Positions 8,697-16,531 of a stretch of DNA of 54,344 nt are shown here, piece after piece. A model generated the notes under the pieces. That model saw only the letters and a list, made by a program, of their open reading frames with translations. It did no database searches and was not told where the DNA came from. The translations under genes were made by a program, and so were the position numbers. The stretch's first letter is position 1, and each line of letters starts with the position of its first letter. The stretch is from a virus: UHGV virus genome UHGV-0189308, one strand, 5' to 3'.

Positions 8697-8819
8697 ATGA
8701 AGGATTTTGCACGAGTACCTACCGGCAACCAGGCGACCCGCCTGAACTGGTTCGAGGTGAGACTACGCCAGCTGTGTTACTTGCTGGCGCAGAAAGGAAA
8801 CCCTGAGGCTGAGGCATGA
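8697..8819 (+). CDS. small ORF (40 aa), first gene of left-operon cluster
   Basis: ATG at 8697 with a GGAGA SD. MKDFARVPTGNQATRLNWFEVRLRQLCYLLAQKGNPEAEA. Stop overlaps the next ATG (ATGA at 8816). Not in the ORF track because it is below the length cutoff. Confidence 0.35.
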   Translation: MKDFARVPTGNQATRLNWFEVRLRQLCYLLAQKGNPEAEA

Positions 8820-9010
8820 ATACCCTGTTTGCCCTTGTCATCAGCGTGTGTGCTCTTACTGGTGAATGCTCTGATGTTCTGATCGGTGTTTATCCATCAG
8901 AGGCCAGTTGCAACAGCAACGCCGATGAACAAAAAGTACAGGGCCAGTGCCTCCCCTACCGAAATGCACAAAACATGGCTGACGACCAACAGCCTGCAGT
9001 GAGTTTTTGA
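8816..9010 (+). CDS. small Cys-rich protein with N-terminal signal/TM segment
   Basis: 64 aa. Hydrophobic N-terminus MNTLFALVISVCALTG, six Cys, acidic tail. Translationally coupled to the upstream 40-aa ORF. Confidence 0.4.
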   Translation: MNTLFALVISVCALTGECSDVLIGVYPSEASCNSNADEQKVQGQCLPYRNAQNMADDQQPAVSF

Positions 9011-9029
9011 ATCGAGTTTTGACCAATGG
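9010..9029. repeat. 20-bp direct repeat gaatcgagttttgaccaatg (copy 1)
   Basis: Identical copy at 9457-9476. The pair brackets the Rrf2-like gene. Confidence 0.6.
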
Positions 9030-9397
9030 CCGTTACGGCCGGAGAAGTGATTATGGAATTTGGAATGAAACGCGTTCTGGCATCTGTCCAGGCCGCCGCC
9101 ACTTTGAATAAGCTCTATGACGGCTCGCCCGTTTCACTGACGGCCATCAGTAAAGAGTCAAAGCTGTCTACTTCATACCTTGAGCAGATCTTCAAAAAGC
9201 TGCGGGCGGGTAACCTGGTAATTTCACAGCGTGGCCCAGGTGGTGGTTATAGCCCCCGCGGCGATGACATCACCGTTACAGAAGTGATCACTGCGGTATC
9301 TAAACTGCCAGCCCATAAAACTTTTGAGCCTATCCTGCGAGCGCTTGACGACGTTCGCGTATCACAGTTGCTGCGGGGTGATTCGCCAGCCCCATAA
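9026..9397 (+). CDS. truncated Rrf2/IscR-like winged-helix regulator
   Basis: Likely start MKRVLAS (about 9065). SYLEQIFKKLRAGNLVISQRGPGGGY matches the Rrf2 signature (IscR ...[26 protein letters not shown]). Lacks the C-terminal dimerisation and Cys-cluster region. Confidence 0.6.
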   Translation: MAVTAGEVIMEFGMKRVLASVQAAATLNKLYDGSPVSLTAISKESKLSTSYLEQIFKKLRAGNLVISQRGPGGGYSPRGDDITVTEVITAVSKLPAHKTFEPILRALDDVRVSQLLRGDSPAP

Positions 9398-9456
9398 AGC
9401 ACAAAACCCGCGCAAGGCGGGTTAAGTACCCGGTCAGCCGACCAAAGCTTTCCGGA

Positions 9457-9476
9457 ATCGAGTTTTGACCAATGAC
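9457..9476. repeat. 20-bp direct repeat gaatcgagttttgaccaatg (copy 2)
   Basis: See copy 1. Confidence 0.6.
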
Positions 9477-9538
9477 CACCACCAGGGCGGCTGCCATCAG
9501 CTGCCGGGTATCTTACAATCCAAAGGAGCCCAAACGCA

Positions 9539-11677
9539 ATGAACAACTACCCGTATCTCATTAAAGCGAAGGCAAAAGCAAACGAAGCGAAAAGTCTCTT
9601 CTGCTGGTTCTCTGCTAAATCCGATTCTCGCGCCGAGCGCAAAATCCTGGACATCCTGGAAGACGCTGAAATTAACGTTGGCCGCGGCGCCAGCCATCAG
9701 CTGCCGATCCGCACCAACTGGCTCATCGTTGATGACTTACCGGAAGAAGGTGTACTGGATGACACCTGGTGCGATCGCTACGAGCTTGGTGGTGAAGACG
9801 GGCTGACATGGCAAAAAATCGTTGCGTCGGCGGCTGCTGAACCACAGCCCTCCAGTAAACCAGAAAACGATATCTCTCCTGCAAATAGCGATGAAGAGGA
9901 CTATTCGAACAATGAAGAAGCACTCTTCAACCTGGCGGAAATGTCATTCCGCACGCAACTGCTTGCCCAGTATATGGCCGACGAGCGTCACGTGTATCAC
10001 ATTAGCATTCCTCATCGTAACCGCCTTTCAGCGATGGAAATGGATACGGATAATCACGGTGTGCAGAATCTGCTGCTGACGGCAGAAAACATTCCGGAGC
10101 TTAAAAAATATGATATGCCTGGCCTGTGGAAATTTACCAGTGCATTTAAGAGCGTATTTCCTGTGGGGAAACGCCATGAGCTCGGCAAGCAAATTCAGTT
10201 CGCCAAATTGTGGCTTGAAACGTCGCACATTGACCGCGGGATCCTTACAAAGGAATGGGCTGCTGGAAACTATATCACCTCAATAAACAAAACCGATGCC
10301 GGCGCCAATGCTGGCGGCGGTAACAAAACTGACCGCAATCCGGATTATCAGCATTCGCTGGATACTCTGGATATAGAGATCGCCCTTGCGACGATGCCTA
10401 TGGATTTTGATATCTATAATTTTCCGGCATCAGTCCACCGCCGCGCGAAGGAAATAGTACAGAAGAAAGAAAGTCCATTTAAAGAATGGTCTGCAGCATT
10501 ACGGAGCACACCAGGCATCCTTGATTATTCCCGTGCAGCGATTTTTGCACTAATCAGGGAAGCATCCAGTGGAATAACTCCTTTTCCAGATCGGTTGCGT
10601 GGCTACATCAACGCGAATCTGACTGAACATAAGCATGATACCCCGAGCGCTGAAACGCTTGCCAAGGCGGGACATATTCCATCTGCTGCAGTCACTCTGG
10701 ATGCAATAAACCAAGCAATCGCCGGAGATGATAGCAGCGCAAACCTGGAAACACTCTCCTCCGACTTTAAAGCAGTTGGTACCGAACTGGTAAAAGAGGC
10801 TCAAAAGCAACGACCAGACGCTAATCAGGTTCTGGCCTCCGAGCGCGGCGAATATGTTGAAGGGATTAGCGACCCTACGGATCCGAAGTGGATAACCGAA
10901 GACCTTACCAAGACCAGGCAGCCTGAAGTTTCAAAAATTGGGGACGGAGTATTTTCCATTGACGATCTTGTTGATGTTAAGGGCAAGGTTAACCAAAAAG
11001 AAAAAACAGATGAAGTTGTTCATCAAACGGATGCTGTAGATATTGAATCCGGTCATCATAATAAGGATGAAGATCAGCCAATTGATTATGTTCACGTTAT
11101 GGTTGATCTGGAAACCATGGGTAAAAAAAATAACGCCCCTATCGTCGCTATTGGTGCGGTTGTTTTTGACCCGGCAACCGGCTCTATTGGAGAAAGTTTC
11201 TATAAAGTCGTATGCCTTGAATCCTCTGTGAACTGGGGCGCCGTAATCGATCCATCTACTGTTATCTGGTGGCTTAAGCAGTCCTCCGAAGCACGCTCTG
11301 CGATCGTAAATGATGATGCTATCCCGTTGCAGGATGCATTACTCCAGTTCAGAGAATTTGTTGATGATAATGTCGCTGGTGGGAGCAAAAAGGCGCAGGT
11401 ATGGGGTAACGGTGCGTCATTCGACAACTCTATTCTGCGTTCTTCTTACGATTGCATTGCTGAAGATTATCCGTGGGAATACTGGAACGATCGGGACGTA
11501 CGAACAATGGTAGAGCTCGGCCAGGCCATTAGCTTCGACCCCAAAACAACGATCCCGTTTGAAGGGTCTCGTCACAATGCCCTAGCTGATGCTATTCATC
11601 AGGCCCGCTATGTATCAGCGATCTGGCAGCGAATAATTGCCGGCCATCAGGTGCTGCAAAAATTGATGCAAAACTGA
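9539..11677 (+). CDS. large phage protein with C-terminal DEDDh 3'-5' exonuclease (DnaQ/ExoX-like) domain
   Basis: C-terminal about 190 aa carry Exo I VDLETMG, Exo II WGNGASFD and Exo III HNALADA motifs. The N-terminal about 500 aa are unrecognised. Occupies the exo/bet region upstream of xis-int; no Bet/RecT/Erf-type recombinase was seen in this block. Confidence 0.65.
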   Translation: MNNYPYLIKAKAKANEAKSLFCWFSAKSDSRAERKILDILEDAEINVGRGASHQLPIRTNWLIVDDLPEEGVLDDTWCDRYELGGEDGLTWQKIVASAAAEPQPSSKPENDISPANSDEEDYSNNEEALFNLAEMSFRTQLLAQYMADERHVYHISIPHRNRLSAMEMDTDNHGVQNLLLTAENIPELKKYDMPGLWKFTSAFKSVFPVGKRHELGKQIQFAKLWLETSHIDRGILTKEWAAGNYITSINKTDAGANAGGGNKTDRNPDYQHSLDTLDIEIALATMPMDFDIYNFPASVHRRAKEIVQKKESPFKEWSAALRSTPGILDYSRAAIFALIREASSGITPFPDRLRGYINANLTEHKHDTPSAETLAKAGHIPSAAVTLDAINQAIAGDDSSANLETLSSDFKAVGTELVKEAQKQRPDANQVLASERGEYVEGISDPTDPKWITEDLTKTRQPEVSKIGDGVFSIDDLVDVKGKVNQKEKTDEVVHQTDAVDIESGHHNKDEDQPIDYVHVMVDLETMGKKNNAPIVAIGAVVFDPATGSIGESFYKVVCLESSVNWGAVIDPSTVIWWLKQSSEARSAIVNDDAIPLQDALLQFREFVDDNVAGGSKKAQVWGNGASFDNSILRSSYDCIAEDYPWEYWNDRDVRTMVELGQAISFDPKTTIPFEGSRHNALADAIHQARYVSAIWQRIIAGHQVLQKLMQN

Positions 11678-11705
11678 TTTTTTATTTTCAGATACTGGCC
11701 CAGCA

Positions 11706-11975
11706 ATGGGCCATAATGAGGTAAAACATATGCTTCAGATGTTAACCCTTGAAGAGTGGGCAAACGAGAAATATAGAAGCAATCCTCCAAGCGTTTCCAC
11801 TCTCAGGAATTATGCTAAACAGAATATGTTTTCTCCCCCAGCCAAAAAAGAAGGTCGATTCTGGCGCGTCAGGGAGGATGCTGAGTTGGTCGGTACATTG
11901 ACCACTCCTGTAGTAAAGAAAAGCGACCCTGTTCTTTTGCAGAGGATTTTGAACGATGGCTGCCAGACCACGTAA
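11706..11975 (+). CDS. xis: excisionase (lambda Xis-like)
   Basis: MLTLEEWANEKYRSNPPSVSTLRNYAKQNMFSPPAKKEGRFWRV resembles lambda Xis MYLTLQEWNARQRRPRSLETVRRWVRECRIFPPPVKDGREYLF. Probable ATG at 11730 with a GAGGT SD. Overlaps the int start. Confidence 0.75.
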   Translation: MGHNEVKHMLQMLTLEEWANEKYRSNPPSVSTLRNYAKQNMFSPPAKKEGRFWRVREDAELVGTLTTPVVKKSDPVLLQRILNDGCQTT

Positions 11976-13083
11976 AAATAATATATCTATTCCAAATTTA
12001 TACCCGCTCTACAGTAGAAAGGTTAATAAAGTATACTGGCGTTATAAGCACCCGATAACTGGTAAGTTTCATAGTCTAGGAACAGATGAAGCAGAGGCCA
12101 CGGCAATAGCTATTGAAGCAAATAAAAGACTGGCGGAACAACAAACCCGCCAGATAATGGCAATCACTGACAGAATTTCCACCAACTCAGGAAAATCAAT
12201 ATCGACTAACACCTGGCTTGAACGTTACTGGAAGATTCAGCAGGAAAGATTAAAGTCCGGAGATATTAAAGAAAACACTATCAAACAAAAAGCAAAACCA
12301 GTATCTCTGCTTAAGGAGCGGGTAGGAATGAAATTAATATCCGCTGTCAATGTTCGAGATGTTGCGCAAATTCTTGATGAATATTTAGCGGAGGGACAAC
12401 CCAGAATGGCTCAGGTCATTCGCTCTGTCCTAATAGATGTTTTTAAAGAAGCTCAGCATGCGGGAGAAGTACCTCCTGGTTATAACCCTGCACTAGCAAC
12501 TAAACAACCTCGTAGAAAGATCACTCGCCAGCGCCTCACTCTTGAGGAATGGCAAAAGATTTTTGATATAGCCGATGAAAATCACAAATACATGGGGAAC
12601 GCCATGCTTTTAGCCATAGTAACAGGACAGCGACTAGGTGATATATCCCGTATGAAATTCTCGGACATCTGGGACGATCATCTACACGTTGAGCAAGAGA
12701 AAACCGGAAGCAAAATCGCTATACCATTAGCTCTGCGTTGCAACGCAATCAACTGGAGCCTCCGAGATGTAATCAGTCGTTGCCGGGATTATGCAGTAAG
12801 CCCTTATTTGGTTCATTTCTTTAGAACCACCTCACAGGCTGAGCGAGGAGCACAGGTGAAACCCAGAACACTGACCATGAATTTCAGCAAGGCAAGAGAC
12901 AGTGCAGATATTGACTGGGGACAAGGTACACCGGCAACTTTCCATGAACAAAGATCGCTTTCCGAGCGGTTATATAAAGCCCAGGGTATAAACACGAAAG
13001 ATTTACTTGGACATAAAACTCAACAACAAACGGATAGGTACCATGATGATCGTGGGAAGGGGTGGACAACGGTGGCCTTATGA
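11956..13083 (+). CDS. int: tyrosine integrase (lambda Int family)
   Basis: N-terminal arm-binding region similar to lambda Int (PNLY...YWRYKHPITGK). C-terminal catalytic region ...LLGHKTQQQTDRYHDDRGKGW resembles the lambda LGHKSDTMASQYRDDRGREW tail. Transcribed toward the icd fragment. Confidence 0.9.
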   Translation: MAARPRKNNISIPNLYPLYSRKVNKVYWRYKHPITGKFHSLGTDEAEATAIAIEANKRLAEQQTRQIMAITDRISTNSGKSISTNTWLERYWKIQQERLKSGDIKENTIKQKAKPVSLLKERVGMKLISAVNVRDVAQILDEYLAEGQPRMAQVIRSVLIDVFKEAQHAGEVPPGYNPALATKQPRRKITRQRLTLEEWQKIFDIADENHKYMGNAMLLAIVTGQRLGDISRMKFSDIWDDHLHVEQEKTGSKIAIPLALRCNAINWSLRDVISRCRDYAVSPYLVHFFRTTSQAERGAQVKPRTLTMNFSKARDSADIDWGQGTPATFHEQRSLSERLYKAQGINTKDLLGHKTQQQTDRYHDDRGKGWTTVAL

Positions 13084-13100
13084 GGTTTTTCGGGAGGGGT

Positions 13101-13133
13101 TTTGATAACTTGTTTTGATAAAATTTTGATAAC
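13101..13133. repeat. three direct TTTTGATAA repeats: candidate Int arm-type sites
   Basis: ggttttgataacttgttttgataaaattttgataacc lies immediately after the int stop. A fourth copy, cagttttgataactgg, is at about 13481-13497 on the far side of the icd fragment. Confidence 0.4.
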
Positions 13134-13199
13134 CGTTCGAAAACTAATAATAAAAACGGGAACCACCAGGTTCCCGTTCTGACATAATCTGTGGGCCAG

Positions 13200-13368
13200 A
13201 TTACATGTTCGCGATAATCGCGTCGCCAAACTCTGAACATTTCAGCAGTTTAGCGCCTTCCATCAGACGTTCAAAGTCATAGGTCACGGTCTTGGCGGCG
13301 ATAGCGCCTTCCATGCCTTTGACGATCAGGTCTGCGGCTTCGAACCACTGCATGTGGCGCAGCAGTAG
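13200..13368 (-). other. icd: icd (isocitrate dehydrogenase) 3'-terminal fragment: phage-borne replacement end / att core homology
   Basis: Minus-strand translation gives [53 protein letters not shown], nearly identical to the Icd C-terminus. No icd sequence continues upstream of 13368. Flanked by int on one side and AT-rich cargo on the other. Confidence 0.85.
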
Positions 13369-13599
13369 TTAACTAATAACATCATTACTTATTGATTTAA
13401 AAAGGAAAATAGGTGTTTTTGATATGTGGTTAATGTTTTTTGCCTAAGCCCTAACCTATTGAAATCCATTAATATATTTTCAGTTTTGATAACTGGCTTT
13501 GAGTTTTTCAGCTCATCTGGATAGAGAATTATTAGCCAATAATACTCACCCCCTGTGAGTCGGGTTAAATATTTCCGGTGTTATAAATCATGATTTGAA

Positions 13600-13631
13600 A
13601 AGAATATAAAAAAGCCTCAGAATCTGAGGCT
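13600..13631 (-). terminator. rho-independent terminator after the cargo operon
   Basis: Minus strand reads gcctcagattctgaggc hairpin followed by TTTTTTAT. Confidence 0.6.
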
Positions 13632-13673
13632 TGCATTGGAACCACCAACGCCATTATATTATTTAATTTCTAC

Positions 13674-13997
13674 CTACCATGTTATGATTGCTCTTTTCCA
13701 AACTATTTTCCCTTTTTTCTTTTCTTTTATATGCAGGATCCTTTTCATAATAAAATAAAAAATAAGAGAAAACACAATGATAGAAATATATGTCCCGATA
13801 CCGAAAGATACCAGAAAAACGACCAAGAACCCAAAGAGCGCTACCAGTAAAGATGTGCAGATAGATATCAAATTAATTTTCTTGCGTGCGTCTCTTGATA
13901 CATACCCTTTAATCTTAAATGCATGGCAACTGTGGCAGTGGTCCTCATTAATTAAATTTGCACCACAAAATGGACATTTATCATCTTTTGTCGTCAT
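13674..13997 (-). CDS. small membrane protein with N-terminal zinc ribbon (CPFC...HCHSCH) and two TM helices
   Basis: 107 aa. Low-GC codon usage like the two upstream genes. 5-nt gap to the EAL gene. Terminator downstream. Confidence 0.5.
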   Translation of the reverse strand: MTTKDDKCPFCGANLINEDHCHSCHAFKIKGYVSRDARKKINLISICTSLLVALFGFLVVFLVSFGIGTYISIIVFSLIFYFIMKRILHIKEKKKGKIVWKRAIITW

Positions 13998-14002
13998 TTA
14001 TT

Positions 14003-14794
14003 TTAAATCTCAACATAGTAGTAATCACTCATCCACAACCTTCCCTGGCAAGCGCAATCAACAACAGAATGTACTTTATTTTTTTGTTCTATTGTCTCAA
14101 CTCCCTCAACAATTACGAAATTGCAGTATGATTTTACTTCATTTAATATCTTAAATAATTTACTCTCATACTGTATTTCCCAGAAATAATCTTTATCGAT
14201 TTTTATACATTCAAAATTAAACATCTGAATAATTGTAATACTTGTTAAACCCCTCCCAAAATCATCCAGCCATACTGGACACAATTTCGAAAGACACTTT
14301 AAGTCAATCATACAGCATTTAGTATTAAATTCATGAAACTCTTCGTTAATCTCAAAGGCAATGTTTTTTTGTTTTTTTAAGTAATCGCTAATATATTTAT
14401 CATTCAAGATATAATCGCTAATTAGACTGTCAACATTCAACGAAACTGGCTTTAACTTCAATTTAGAAGCATCAATTTCTTCAATTGTCAATATCTGTTT
14501 ATTAAACAAATCGATTTTTTCTTTGTCACTTAGTGTGCTGAAACAAAAAGCACTTTCATTAGCAAGATAACCATTAGCATTCTTTTTTTTAACATTTTTC
14601 GTGAGAATTTCCCAAGAATGTACAGAACCATCTTTTTTGTAAGATGGTTCTAAAACAAATCTACAGGATTCTATTTCCACACTGTTCTTTATCATTAAAA
14701 AAACACCGGAACTAAGAATAATCCTAATCGTGTCATAATTAAATATGAAAGAGAAATAGTTTAAAATGATCGATAACGATCTAATGATAGGCAA
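14003..14794 (-). CDS. stand-alone EAL-domain c-di-GMP phosphodiesterase (PdeH/YhjH-like)
   Basis: Motifs WEILTK (EAL-type), VSLNVDS (Asn), EINEEF, WLDDFGRG, KIDKDYF, VIVEGVET, QGRLW. The segment LCPVWLDDFGRGL...VIVEGVETIEQ resembles E. coli PdeH. Real start is probably internal (about 14695). AT-rich. Confidence 0.7.
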   Translation of the reverse strand: MPIIRSLSIILNYFSFIFNYDTIRIILSSGVFLMIKNSVEIESCRFVLEPSYKKDGSVHSWEILTKNVKKKNANGYLANESAFCFSTLSDKEKIDLFNKQILTIEEIDASKLKLKPVSLNVDSLISDYILNDKYISDYLKKQKNIAFEINEEFHEFNTKCCMIDLKCLSKLCPVWLDDFGRGLTSITIIQMFNFECIKIDKDYFWEIQYESKLFKILNEVKSYCNFVIVEGVETIEQKNKVHSVVDCACQGRLWMSDYYYVEI

Positions 14795-15050
14795 AAGCTA
14801 TCATACTTTGTGTATCGATCGATTATTCAAATCAAATGAAAAGGAAGGTTAAAAAAGAAACATAATTTCAATATTAAAGCTATTTGGATCAGATAGTTGC
14901 ATTACGCGAATGACTTGGGTGGCAGATGTCCAATGTAAGTTGAAAGGCGCTTATGGTTTCGAAGAGATTTATCCTTGTTATAATTGTGGATAATAAACGT
15001 TCTTAAACATATATATGTATAAAATCATGAGATCAGAAATTATTTCATCA

Positions 15051-16130
15051 TCAATCATTCGGCATGCAATATCCATTCTTCCCATTACGTTTAACTTCAT
15101 ATAGCATTTTATCAGCCTCTTTAATCCACTCAATGATTGATTCTTTATTTTCTGCACAAGAAATACCGATACTGACAGTACAGTACATGTCTTTATGAGA
15201 AGGTAATGAAAGATCTTTAATTTTTTTCTGAATTATATGAACCATGGTTATAACATGCTTGCTATTACTGTTGTTAACAATAATAGCCAACTCATCGCCA
15301 CCAAATCTTGCTGGCACATCCTTCTCGCCAGCGCACTCTCGTAATATTGTTGATATACGAGATAACACCGCATCGCCAACTTCATGACCATATGTATCAT
15401 TAATTTTTTTAAAATTATCAACATCAATGAGCATAAGATATGAATGAATTCTCTTTTTACGCGTCGCACGAAAAGCACTTTCCATTTTCTGTTCAAAAAA
15501 GCGACGATTTGGCAGATCTAAGCCAGGATCCATTAGAGCCTGTTTTTCCAGTAACTCCCTTCTTTTCCTCAGCTTTAGAGATAAGTGCCTTGAAACAACA
15601 CTCAACACTATGGGATAACAGGTTGCCAACGGTAAAGAAAGTAATACCGTTCGGGTGCTGAATTCTATAGTATATCTGAAATCATTTGCTAACCAAACTA
15701 TCACGAAACTTATCATCATCCACGTTAATGCTGGTTTTAAAATTTTCCATCCACCAGCAGCATAGCGATCTGCTATTTGAACGGAGATTATAAATAATGA
15801 TGGAATTGGGCTAACTTGCATTACGGCTATCCAGATACCAGCCCAGAATGAATCGAGTACCATATTCTTTTTTTCAGTACTCAGCATATCCTTCGACATC
15901 ATGCTTGCCAGATAAGCAACCGATGGCCAGATGAGTGCATTCAAAATTAACAGGGCTATCGTTATTTTTTGATGTGACTGTTCCTGGAGGACTGAATATA
16001 TAGGAAGAAAGCAAAGAACGACACCTATCTGACGTAGAAAATATACTCGTTTAATAAACGATGAATTTCTGTCAGATATGTATTTTTCATCTGGGAATTT
16101 TGTTAACATAGAAAGCCTATTATAAATCAC
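15051..16130 (-). CDS. membrane-anchored GGDEF diguanylate cyclase
   Basis: N-terminal multi-TM region. C-terminal GGDEF domain with LMLIDVDNFKKINDTYGHEVGD and the active-site variant RFGGDEL. No RxxD I-site. Confidence 0.75.
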   Translation of the reverse strand: MIYNRLSMLTKFPDEKYISDRNSSFIKRVYFLRQIGVVLCFLPIYSVLQEQSHQKITIALLILNALIWPSVAYLASMMSKDMLSTEKKNMVLDSFWAGIWIAVMQVSPIPSLFIISVQIADRYAAGGWKILKPALTWMMISFVIVWLANDFRYTIEFSTRTVLLSLPLATCYPIVLSVVSRHLSLKLRKRRELLEKQALMDPGLDLPNRRFFEQKMESAFRATRKKRIHSYLMLIDVDNFKKINDTYGHEVGDAVLSRISTILRECAGEKDVPARFGGDELAIIVNNSNSKHVITMVHIIQKKIKDLSLPSHKDMYCTVSIGISCAENKESIIEWIKEADKMLYEVKRNGKNGYCMPND

Positions 16131-16494
16131 TAAGAGCCGCTATCACTTCAAACCACTAAATTACAAAATAAAACCGTCCTACATTACAAACTTATAACAT
16201 AGATGTGAAAATTACAAGATGGCACTTCAATTAACGATAAACGTATCAATAATAACATTTGACATCCATTTTCTTGAATCTATCTGTGCATTTTCAATCT
16301 GATGAAAGACAATAGTTTAGGGTTATATCCTTAAACATGAAAAGCCAACAGGATTTAGCACTATTTTATTATTGATTTTGGTAGATTATTAAAAAACGAC
16401 AAAACATCTGACCAGTAAAACTTTACTTGAACTTACTTATCGTTTACTGCAAATTATTCTGTGATGTACACAGCAATTAATGTCGTTTCAGTTG

Positions 16495-16526
16495 CCCCCG
16501 GCAAGTGCCTCCGGGGGATTTTTTAT
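16495..16526 (+). terminator. intrinsic terminator-like hairpin (plus orientation)
   Basis: cccccggcaagtgcctccggggg followed by attttttat. Located between the tail-fibre gene end and the cargo operon. Confidence 0.4.
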
Positions 16527-16531
16527 GCTCC

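Noticed and set aside
8516-8806. 96-aa plus-strand ORF MQCGECGYAHAAQL...
   Set aside because: It overlaps, in another frame, the better-supported 40-aa ORF with SD and ATGA coupling. Likely spurious.
9404-9425. Hairpin aacccgcgcaaggcgggtt after the Rrf2-like gene
   Set aside because: It resembles a terminator only on the minus strand, where there is no upstream gene. The plus-strand U-tract is weak. Left unassigned.
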